A stretch of 48,160 bases of DNA from a virus. Its lineage: Duplodnaviria > Caudoviricetes. Below, one piece after another: positions 17,849 through 25,011 of this stretch; the first letter of the stretch is position 1; each line of letters opens with the position of its first letter. The DNA is taken from positions 1-48,160 of the IMG/VR virus record IMGVR_UViG_3300037422_000690; one strand, written 5' to 3'. The notes under the pieces are model-generated. The model worked only from the letters and a program-made list of their open reading frames with translations. It was not told the DNA's origin and ran no database searches. Made by a program: the position numbers and the translations under genes.

Positions 17849-18104
17849 CCCCAGTGCGGCTGGCCCGAGCGGATCTGCCGGCGCTTCGATCTCAGGGCCT
17901 CCGACAACGCGGAGGGTTTGACCGAGCTGTTGCGCGAGGCATTGTTGGGCGTGCGCCAGCGGGGCCATAGCTTCAACCAGAGCCGTCTGCCTGGATGTCG
18001 CCGAGGATGAAGCCGAGCGAAGCCGGCGAGTCGGCGCGACTACCGCGCAGCAAACCGCGTTGACCATCGCGGCGAGGATTCGGAGGCGGCGCGTCGAAAC
18101 CTGA
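17833..18104 (+). pseudogene. Small helical protein gene broken by two apparent +1 insertions
   Basis: Removing one C from CCC (17864-17866) and one G from GGGG (17961-17964) gives a continuous 89-aa ORF: MRKSVTPVRLAERICRRFDLRASDNAEGLTELLREALLGVRQRAIASTRAVCLDVAEDEAERSRRVGATTAQQTALTIAARIRRRRVET. Confidence 0.5.
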
Positions 18105-18206
18105 GTCCGGGACAAGCAGATTTTATTCCAAATAGGTACTGAGAATCATCTCGCGGCCGAGGGTGGGATGGTTGCACGATTTCGCCAGCGATACGGTCCG
18201 GGAAAA

Positions 18207-18314
18207 GGTCGTCACCCTGGGTCGTCACCCGATGGGTTGGTGCTTTGTTGCCAGAGAGTTAGCTGACGACCTCGGGGTCGTCACCCAGGGTCGTCACCCA
18301 GAAAGGTCGTCACT
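18207..18314. repeat. GGTCGTCACCC repeat cluster, putative terminase-binding (cosB-like) site
   Basis: Direct copies at 18207, 18220, 18276, 18289 and 18305 (GGTCGTCACT) plus one inverted core TGACGACC at 18264-18271; intergenic, at the start of the packaging module. Confidence 0.7.
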
Positions 18315-18317
18315 AGG

Positions 18318-18944
18318 ATGGGCACTCGCGCGTCGAAGCTCCCTCCGGATCCCGTCCCTGGGGCGCTGTGGATTCCGCTGAGAAATCGCGGTGAGATCGT
18401 CGCGTATACGTTGATCGATGAACAGGACGCGCAACTGGCCCGATTGACTTGGCGCCTCGAGGTGAGCGGCTATGCCGCTCGCCGGGAGAAGCGGCAGAAC
18501 CACCAGAACGGGGGATGGCGCGCCAGAATTGTGCTTTTGCACCGCGTGACTCTCGGGGCGCCGCCGGGAGTGGAAGTTGACCACATCAACCGCAACCGGC
18601 TCGACAACCGGCGCTCGAACCTTCGCTTTGCAACCGACGGCGAGCAAGCCAGAAACTGCAGTCGCAATAAGCGAAATACGTCCGGCTATAAGGGGGTCTG
18701 CTTCGAGTCTGCCAGACGCCGGTGGAAGGCGGCCGTGGCATTTGAGGGCCGATCGTACCACGTGGGGCTCTTCGACACTCCACAGGAAGCTGCATTCGCC
18801 TACGACTTCGCTGCGACTGCACTCCACGGTGAGTTCGCGGCGACCAACTGCCAACTTTCGGAAGCTACGAGGGAAGGCGCTCTTGAGTTCCGGGCTTTCC
18901 TGATAGGCGAGAGGGCAGGAGAAAGCGTCGGTGCCGCTGGTTAG
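18318..18944 (+). CDS. HNH endonuclease with C-terminal AP2 domain
   Basis: LHRV...VDHINRNRLDNRRSNLR (HNH) and SGYKGV...WKAAVAFEGRSYHVGLFDTPQEAAFAYD...LHGEFA (AP2). Confidence 0.92.
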   Translation: MGTRASKLPPDPVPGALWIPLRNRGEIVAYTLIDEQDAQLARLTWRLEVSGYAARREKRQNHQNGGWRARIVLLHRVTLGAPPGVEVDHINRNRLDNRRSNLRFATDGEQARNCSRNKRNTSGYKGVCFESARRRWKAAVAFEGRSYHVGLFDTPQEAAFAYDFAATALHGEFAATNCQLSEATREGALEFRAFLIGERAGESVGAAG

Positions 18945-19356
18945 CCTCAGGGCGTATGCCAAACATCGTGGCGTGAGTCTGCACGCCGTTCAGAAGGCGA
19001 TACGCTCACGGCGGATTGAGCTGGTCGACGGCAGGATCGATGTTGACCGAGCCGACCTGGATTGGGCGCGCAACACACGGTTGCGCCGGGCGCCACTGAC
19101 CTATTCGGTCCCGCAGGATGTGGATCATACCGCAGTGCTTCGTGACGGCCACTTGGCGCGACTCGCCAAAATTGAATGCGAGGAGCGCATCCGGCGACTG
19201 GTCAACCGAAGCGAGGTTGAGGCCGCGATGCTAATGGTCGCCCGCCGCATTGCTCCCGTGCTGGCGCGTGAATCCGATCCAGGCAACATCGAGGGGATCC
19301 TGGCGAAAGAGATGCGCGCCGCCCTAGCGGGGATGGTGTTGAGACTCCATGGCTGA
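18931..19356 (+). CDS. Small terminase (Nu1-like) paralog 1, shortened
   Basis: Aligns along its length with 24478..25011 (VSLRAYAKHRGVSLHAVQKAI, LARLAKIECEER, LARESDP). Confidence 0.7.
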   Translation: MPLVSLRAYAKHRGVSLHAVQKAIRSRRIELVDGRIDVDRADLDWARNTRLRRAPLTYSVPQDVDHTAVLRDGHLARLAKIECEERIRRLVNRSEVEAAMLMVARRIAPVLARESDPGNIEGILAKEMRAALAGMVLRLHG

Positions 19357-19708
19357 CTCCGCATCCCTCCAGGCGCGATCGTTTGGCAAGGTCGCCGTCG
19401 CGACACCGGGAACGCCGGTCCGGGTCACCACGGACACTGCCCTCCGGGCGCACCGGATGCGCTTCGCCGTCCTGATCGGCGAAGTGGGGCGGGTGTTCCT
19501 CGGGGTACAGGGAATGAACAAGGCCACCGGCGCCGGAGTGATCAAAGAGTTCTGGCCGACCGGCGCCGGCGGCGGCGTGGCCGACGACCTGGTGATCGAG
19601 TCCGCCGCCGGGGAGCTGCGGCCGTCGGACTACTACGTGGACGCCAACACCGCGGGCGAGGGGTTGATCGTTGCCTACTGGATCTGGGTGCCAAGCTTCA
19701 GCAGTTGA
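19349..19708 (+). CDS. Hypothetical protein (beta-rich, 119 aa)
   Basis: High GC3 ORF overlapping the upstream gene. Confidence 0.7.
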   Translation: MADSASLQARSFGKVAVATPGTPVRVTTDTALRAHRMRFAVLIGEVGRVFLGVQGMNKATGAGVIKEFWPTGAGGGVADDLVIESAAGELRPSDYYVDANTAGEGLIVAYWIWVPSFSS

Positions 19709-19724
19709 GCGCGTGACCCCGGCG

Positions 19725-21194
19725 ATGGCCAGGCGCATTGAGATCTGGCCGATTGACCGGCTGGTCCCGTACAGCAAGAATCCGCGCACCCACTCGGACG
19801 CCCAGGTCGCCCAGATTGCCGCGAGCATTGTCGAATTCGGCTTTAACGCGCCACTCCTGGTGGATTCGAAGGCCGGGATCGTGGCTGGCCATGGCCGACT
19901 GCTGGCGGCGCGGAAGCTGGGCCTTGCTGAAGTCCCAGTGATCGTACTGGATCACCTGAGCGAGACGCAGAAGCGCGGGTACCTGCTGGCGGATAACCGG
20001 CTGGCGGAGCTGGCGAGCTGGGATGAGCAGTTGCTGGTGACGGAGCTGACCGCGCTGGAGGCCGATGGATTCGATCTGGGGTTAACGGGCTTCAGCGAGG
20101 AGGATCTCGGGCAACTGCTGCGCGAGGAGAAAGACCCGCAAGCTGAGCCCGACGAAGAGATCCCCGATGCACCCGCTGTTGCAGTCACCCAGCCTGGCGA
20201 CCTGTGGCTGATTGGCCCGCATCGGTTGCTCTGCGGCGATTGCCGGGACGGCGGAGTCGTGGCCTCGTTGTTCGAGGGCCGACAGGCCAGTGTGGTGGTA
20301 ACGTCGCCGCCCTACGCGACGCAGCGCGAGTACGACCCGGCGAGCGGCTTCCGTCCGGTGGCGCCCGAGGAGTACATCGACTGGTATCGGGCTGTAGCCG
20401 AGAACATCGCGTCGGTCCTGGCGGCGGACGGCTCCTATTTCCTCAACATCAAGGAGCACGCCGAAGACGGACAGCGGCACCTCTACGTCAAGGATTTGAC
20501 CGTCGCCCATGTGCGCCAGTGGGGCTGGCGGTTCGTCGACGAGTTCTGCTGGCGCAAGACTGACAACGGAGTGCCCGGCGGATGGGGCAACCGGTTCAAG
20601 AATGCGTGGGAGCCAATCTTCCACTTCACGGGCTCGGGCGGTGAGATCAAGTTCCGGCCCGAAACGGTGAGCCATCAGTCGGACGCCGTTTTCGATTACT
20701 CACCGGACACACCCCGATCGAACAGCGGAAGCGGGTTGTTGGGAGAGCACCCGCGGCGGGAGGGCCTGGCCCGGCCCAGCAACGTGATCGAGGCGAAGAC
20801 CGAGGCCTCCCAGGGTTCGCACTCCGCGCCGTTCCCGCGGGCGATTCCGGAGTTCTTCATCAAGGCGTTCTCTGACGCGGGGGACGCGGTCTTCGATCCC
20901 TTTCTCGGCAGCGGGACGACGATGGTTGCCGCCGCCTTGCTCGACCGGGTCGGCTATGGCATCGAGATCAGCCCGGCCTACTGCGACGTGATCCTCCGGC
21001 GCATGAGGAACGCGATCCCGGATCTGGTGCCCACGCTGGCAGCCACGGGCGAGACGTTCGAGCAAGTCGCGGCCTCGCGCGAAGTGACTGTGGATGGTCA
21101 ACCGGATCTTCGCTCGCGGGACTCGCGGTCCATTCGCCACAAGCCCAACGGTATGCCCTGCTACGGCCCGCAGCGCCGGGCCGCGACCCGATGA
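19725..21194 (+). CDS. ParB-N-domain DNA methyltransferase 1 (beta class, SPPY; likely m4C)
   Basis: ParB/Srx N-term (NPRTH...AGHGRLLAA...ADNRLA); TSPPY; HSAPFP; FDPFLGSGTT. Start could be slightly upstream. Confidence 0.9.
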   Translation: MARRIEIWPIDRLVPYSKNPRTHSDAQVAQIAASIVEFGFNAPLLVDSKAGIVAGHGRLLAARKLGLAEVPVIVLDHLSETQKRGYLLADNRLAELASWDEQLLVTELTALEADGFDLGLTGFSEEDLGQLLREEKDPQAEPDEEIPDAPAVAVTQPGDLWLIGPHRLLCGDCRDGGVVASLFEGRQASVVVTSPPYATQREYDPASGFRPVAPEEYIDWYRAVAENIASVLAADGSYFLNIKEHAEDGQRHLYVKDLTVAHVRQWGWRFVDEFCWRKTDNGVPGGWGNRFKNAWEPIFHFTGSGGEIKFRPETVSHQSDAVFDYSPDTPRSNSGSGLLGEHPRREGLARPSNVIEAKTEASQGSHSAPFPRAIPEFFIKAFSDAGDAVFDPFLGSGTTMVAAALLDRVGYGIEISPAYCDVILRRMRNAIPDLVPTLAATGETFEQVAASREVTVDGQPDLRSRDSRSIRHKPNGMPCYGPQRRAATR

Positions 21195-21463
21195 TCCGCG
21201 AAGTTCGCCTCTGGTGGCGACTGCGACCGATTCTCAAAGACCTTCAGGAGCTGACGAAGATGAAGTTTTCCGTCAACGTTGCGATTCAGATGCTGGCGCT
21301 GGCGGCGCAGGGTTTAAACCAAACGGTCGATCTGCTGCCGCCGCGTGGGAGGTTCTGGGCGATGGTGGCGCTCTCGGCCGTTCAGGGCCTCACCGCGGTG
21401 CTGGCCCACTTTATCAACCCGGACGGCACGCCGGCTACCGAGCCTTACCGCAAGCAGAAATGA
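21191..21463 (+). CDS. Small membrane protein, holin-like
   Basis: 90 aa, two hydrophobic segments, basic C-tail YRKQK; ATGA overlaps on both sides. Confidence 0.65.
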   Translation: MIREVRLWWRLRPILKDLQELTKMKFSVNVAIQMLALAAQGLNQTVDLLPPRGRFWAMVALSAVQGLTAVLAHFINPDGTPATEPYRKQK

Positions 21464-22740
21464 GCCTTGCCCTCGCGGTCCAGCACTGGCCGGTCGAGAA
21501 GCTGATTCCCTACGCGACCAATGCGCGCACCCACTCGGATGAGCAGATCGCGCAGATCGCGGCGTCGATCGCCGAGTTTGGATTCGTGAATCCAGTTCTC
21601 GTCGGGCCGGACGGAGTTCTCATCGCCGGCCACGCGCGGTTGTTGGCAGCCCGGAAGCTCGGGATGGTCGAGGTCCCGGTCATCATCCTGGAGCACCTCA
21701 CCAAGACCCAGCGTCGAGCGCTGGCTCTGGCCGACAACCGGTTGCCGCTCAACGCAGGATGGGACGAAGAGCTGCTGCGATTGGAACTCGAGGCGCTGCG
21801 TGAGGACGACTTCAACCTGGACCTGATCGGTTTCTCCGATCAGGAACTGGAGTCGCTTCTCACGGAGCCACACCAGATCGCTAGTGACGGTGACGAGGAT
21901 GCCGCGCCGGAGCCGCCGGAAGCTCCAGTCACTGCGCGCGGCGATCTTTGGATCCTGGGCCGGCACCGGCTGCTGGTGGGCGATGCGACGGCGGTAACGC
22001 AAGTCGAGAAGCTGATGGCCGGCGAGAAAGCCGCCATGGTTTGGACCGACCCTCCTTACAACATCGACTACGAGGGCCGGACCAAGGACAAGCTGCGAAT
22101 CCAGAACGATTCCCTGGGCGACGAGTTCTTCGATTTTCTGAGGGCCGCCTGCGCGAACCTCATCGCCGCATCGGAGGGCGCCATATATATCTGCATGTCG
22201 TCCTCGGAGCTGCACACGCTCTACCGGGCGTTCACGGAGGCCGGCGGACACTGGTCGACGTTCATCATCTGGGGCAAGAATCACTTCACCCTGGGATGGG
22301 GCGATTACCGGAGGCAGTACGAGCCGCTCCTGTACGGCTGGCCGGAGGGATCGAAGCACTACTGGTGCGGCGCGCGCGATCAGGGCGATCTGTGGTTGAT
22401 CGACCGGCCTGCCGCCAACCGGGACCATCCCACGATGAAGCCGCTGGAGCTCGTCGAGCGGGCGCTCGCCAACAACAGCCGCAAGGGCGATGTGGTGCTG
22501 GATCTGTTCGGCGGGTCCGGCACGACGATGATCGCTTGTGAGCGGCTGGGCCGGCAGGCGCGACTGATGGAGATCGACCCGCGCTACGCGGACGTGATCA
22601 TCCGGCGCTGGATGGAATTCGCTGGCAAGGCGGCCGTGCTGGAGGGCGATGGGCGCACGTTCGAGGAGGTCACGGCCGAGCGCGGGAAAGAGAAAAAAGC
22701 GCCGCCCATCGATCAGGCGACGCCGGCGGACAATGCTTAG
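21460..22740 (+). CDS. ParB-N-domain DNA methyltransferase 2 (beta class, DPPY; likely m6A)
   Basis: ParB N-term; WTDPPYN; HPTMKP; LDLFGGSGTT; ATG 21460. Confidence 0.92.
   Translation: MSLALAVQHWPVEKLIPYATNARTHSDEQIAQIAASIAEFGFVNPVLVGPDGVLIAGHARLLAARKLGMVEVPVIILEHLTKTQRRALALADNRLPLNAGWDEELLRLELEALREDDFNLDLIGFSDQELESLLTEPHQIASDGDEDAAPEPPEAPVTARGDLWILGRHRLLVGDATAVTQVEKLMAGEKAAMVWTDPPYNIDYEGRTKDKLRIQNDSLGDEFFDFLRAACANLIAASEGAIYICMSSSELHTLYRAFTEAGGHWSTFIIWGKNHFTLGWGDYRRQYEPLLYGWPEGSKHYWCGARDQGDLWLIDRPAANRDHPTMKPLELVERALANNSRKGDVVLDLFGGSGTTMIACERLGRQARLMEIDPRYADVIIRRWMEFAGKAAVLEGDGRTFEEVTAERGKEKKAPPIDQATPADNA
22693..22723 (-). terminator. Intrinsic terminator for the minus-strand AT-hook gene
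   Basis: Minus strand GCGTCGCC-9 nt loop-GGCGGCGC followed by TTTTTT, 13 nt after the stop at 22737. Confidence 0.65.
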
Positions 22741-22910
22741 CGGCTTTCAGCCCTGGGGCGGCTTTTCCCCAGTGGCAAGGGTCTCTTGCGCGGTCGCCCG
22801 CGCTTTCGGCGACCGGTAGCAAGAACCTCCAGGGCGGCGATACACTCCTCGATAGCCTGCAGTTCGCGCCGCATTTCGTGGATGATTTCGATCAGCCGGT
22901 CGAGCTTCAT
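22737..22910 (-). CDS. 57-aa coiled-coil + AT-hook protein (not in ORF track)
   Basis: Manual translation MKLDRLIEIIHEMRRELQAIEECIAALEVLATGRRKRGRPRKRPLPLGKSRPRAESR; AT-hook core RGRPRK; own terminator. Confidence 0.75.
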   Translation of the reverse strand: MKLDRLIEIIHEMRRELQAIEECIAALEVLATGRRKRGRPRKRPLPLGKSRPRAESR

Positions 22911-22945
22911 AAGGTGATTTCAGACCGCCGCGCGGTTTCGATTCT

Positions 22946-22971
22946 CATAGTCCGTGTGCGCATAGTCCGTG
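22946..22971. promoter_or_regulatory. C-box-like operator, CATAGTCCGTG x2 with 15-bp period
   Basis: Copies at 22946-22956 and 22961-22971 in the 95-bp divergent gap between the AT-hook gene and the XRE gene. Confidence 0.6.
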
Positions 22972-23005
22972 GACAGAGAGGCAGTATAGCTTCAAGCTGT
23001 CTGGA

Positions 23006-23233
23006 GTGCAACAGGATCTCCAGAATTTCCAGAGGCGGTTGGGCCTGCGAATCCGAGAGCTGCGCAAGCGGCGGGGGTGGAGCCAGGAGGCGTTCGCGCA
23101 CGTTTGCGGGCTGGATCGAAGCTATATGGGTTCGGTGGAGCGCGGCGAACGCAATGTGACTCTCAGTAGCCTCCGAGCCATCGCCAAGGGATTGGACGTG
23201 ACGCTGTCCGCCATGTTCAAGGGACTCGATTAG
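23006..23233 (+). CDS. XRE-family HTH regulator resembling R-M controller (C) proteins
   Basis: LGLRIRELRKRRGWSQEAFAHVCGLDRSYMGSVERGERNVTLSSLRAIAKGLDV. Confidence 0.88.
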   Translation: MQQDLQNFQRRLGLRIRELRKRRGWSQEAFAHVCGLDRSYMGSVERGERNVTLSSLRAIAKGLDVTLSAMFKGLD

Positions 23234-23371
23234 GCAACTTGGAAATCCCTTTGAGGCCACCTGCCAGATTTCTCTTCGAACCGATTAGCGTGATCGATCG
23301 AAGGTGACGATTGGTGGAAGAGAAGCGCCGCCGGGGGGTTGGACCCCGCCGGCGTAACCGTGACGGGATGC

Positions 23372-23557
23372 TCAGGTGGGGCGGCCGTAGCGACAGCGCA
23401 CGTAGGCGAGCCAGATGCGGCCGAGCAGGCGCCAGAACCAATTGAGCTTGGGCGGGGGAGGCGGAGCGCCGGCCCCGCCCTGCGTCTTCAGGCGGTCCAA
23501 GTGGCGGAGGAGGAGCTGCTGCTCCTCCTCGCCGTGGTCTTCGAACTCGGTCATCAT
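23372..23557 (-). CDS. Small hypothetical protein with amphipathic C-terminal helix
   Basis: 61 aa directly downstream of the DUF3489-like gene; LNWFWRLLGRIWLAYV. Confidence 0.5.
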   Translation of the reverse strand: MMTEFEDHGEEEQQLLLRHLDRLKTQGGAGAPPPPPKLNWFWRLLGRIWLAYVRCRYGRPT

Positions 23558-23567
23558 GGCAGGCCTG

Positions 23568-24149
23568 CTACGACACGCGGTACGCGCGGTCGCCCTGGGG
23601 CGTCTTGAAGGACTCGACCTTGAGGCCCATCTTCTTGACCAAGCTCGCGCTGATGAAGCCCCTGACGCTGTGGGCCTGCCAGCCGGTCGCGGACATGAGG
23701 TCCTTCAAGGTCGCGCCGTCGGACTGGCGCACCAGCTCCAGGACCTGGGCCTTCTTGCTGCCGTCGCGGGCTTCGCGGTTTTGGGCAGGGGCGGCCTTCT
23801 TACCCGAGGTGGCCTTCTTCCTCGACCCCTTGGCTTTCGGCGCGTCAGGGGCGCCGTGTGGCACACCGGGCGGCGTCAGGGCTTGGGCCGCCTTCCAGAT
23901 CCTGGCCAGGGCCGTCGTGCGGTCGGTGAACTTCTTGACCGGGGTGACGCCGGGTAGGCTGTTCCAGAGTTCGAGCAACTTGGAGCTGCCGCGCCCGCGA
24001 GTACCGGCCGGGGACCAGGATGCGGCGAGCTGGGCCAGCTCTTCCTCACTGCTGAAGTACTCGGCCCCGGCGATGTCAGCGGCCTTGGCCTCTTTGAGTG
24101 AGGCGAACGCCGTGATGTTGTTGTCGCAGTCTATGGTGAAAGTGGTCAT
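23568..24149 (-). CDS. DUF3489-like winged-helix protein
   Basis: REARDGSKKAQVLELVRQSDGATLKDLMSATGWQAHSVRGFIS...RAYRV; AAGGAG RBS; family typical just upstream of gpA terminases. Confidence 0.88.
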   Translation of the reverse strand: MTTFTIDCDNNITAFASLKEAKAADIAGAEYFSSEEELAQLAASWSPAGTRGRGSSKLLELWNSLPGVTPVKKFTDRTTALARIWKAAQALTPPGVPHGAPDAPKAKGSRKKATSGKKAAPAQNREARDGSKKAQVLELVRQSDGATLKDLMSATGWQAHSVRGFISASLVKKMGLKVESFKTPQGDRAYRVS

Positions 24150-24168
24150 CGTTTGCTGTCTCCTTTTG

Positions 24169-24405
24169 TCAGAACTTCATGCCGGCGAGCTTGCCGTCGG
24201 CAGTAATTGTGAGGTTTTTGAGGTAGCCGCTGCGGACGCGCACCCAACCGGCGTGCGACTTAATCTCGTAGCGGACGGCGATGCGGCTGACCTTGAGCCG
24301 GTAATGGCGCAAGCCCTCGTGCTCAACCTTCTGGAGGTGCCCGAAGCGGTCAAGCTCCCAGCCGTTCGCCGTGGCCCACTGAATCAGTTGGTCGCGAGTG
24401 ATCAT
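24169..24405 (-). CDS. Hypothetical protein (78 aa)
   Basis: C-terminal part of ORF 24169..24945 from MITRDQLIQW; alternative ATG at 24420; upstream TTGCCT-N17-GATGAAT promoter-like sequence (24444-24415). Confidence 0.7.
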   Translation of the reverse strand: MITRDQLIQWATANGWELDRFGHLQKVEHEGLRHYRLKVSRIAVRYEIKSHAGWVRVRSGYLKNLTITADGKLAGMKF

Positions 24406-24477
24406 AGGGACCCCATTCATCGCTTCGTTCGCGCGGGAAGGCAAGCGGAATCTCGATAGATCGGGCAAGAAAATGCG

Positions 24478-25011
24478 ATGGCGATTGTTAGCCTCAGGGG
24501 CTACGCGAGGCACCGAAGTGTAAGCCTGAGAGCGGTTCAGAAGGCGATTCAATCGGGGCGGATTCGGACGACGGCGGATGGCAAGATCGACACCGAGCAG
24601 GCCGACGCGGCCTGGGGGCGCAACACGGGGCCCAAGGCGCGCGACACCATCGCCTTTCCATCGCCTCCGCCCAGGCCCGCGGCGCAGCCGTCGCCCGAGC
24701 CGCCCCGGGCCGACCTGGGCGCGGCGGGCGGGCTTGATTACGCCCGCGCGCGCGCCGTCCGCGAGAACTACCTGGCGCGGCTGGCCAAGATCGAGTACGA
24801 GGAGCGACTCGGCAAGCTCGTTAGCCGCGATGAAGTGCAGGTCGCGGCGTTCAATCGGTTCCGGACATTTCGCGACGGGATGCTGAACATCCCGGATCGC
24901 GTGGCGGCGATGCTCGCCGCCGAGAGCGACCCCCGCAAGGTGCACGAGATTCTGACCACCGAGGTTCGGAAGGCGCTGCTTGAGTTTGCTGACAGCACAA
25001 ACAGCGGATGA
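24478..25011 (+). CDS. terS: Terminase small subunit (Nu1-like)
   Basis: N-terminal wHTH, coiled coil LARLAKIEYEERLGKLVSRDEV, overlaps gpA-like large subunit. Confidence 0.85.
   Translation: MAIVSLRGYARHRSVSLRAVQKAIQSGRIRTTADGKIDTEQADAAWGRNTGPKARDTIAFPSPPPRPAAQPSPEPPRADLGAAGGLDYARARAVRENYLARLAKIEYEERLGKLVSRDEVQVAAFNRFRTFRDGMLNIPDRVAAMLAAESDPRKVHEILTTEVRKALLEFADSTNSG

Noticed and set aside
18207-18314. CRISPR array or transposon end
   Set aside because: 11-bp units with 2-5 bp gaps and no unique spacers; no transposase nearby.
19725-23233. Complete restriction-modification system or ParABS partition locus
   Set aside because: No restriction endonuclease next to the methyltransferases or controller-like gene; no ParA; ParB domains are fused to methyltransferases.
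23326-23354. Intrinsic terminator between convergent genes
   Set aside because: A GC hairpin exists but lacks a clear U-tract on either strand.
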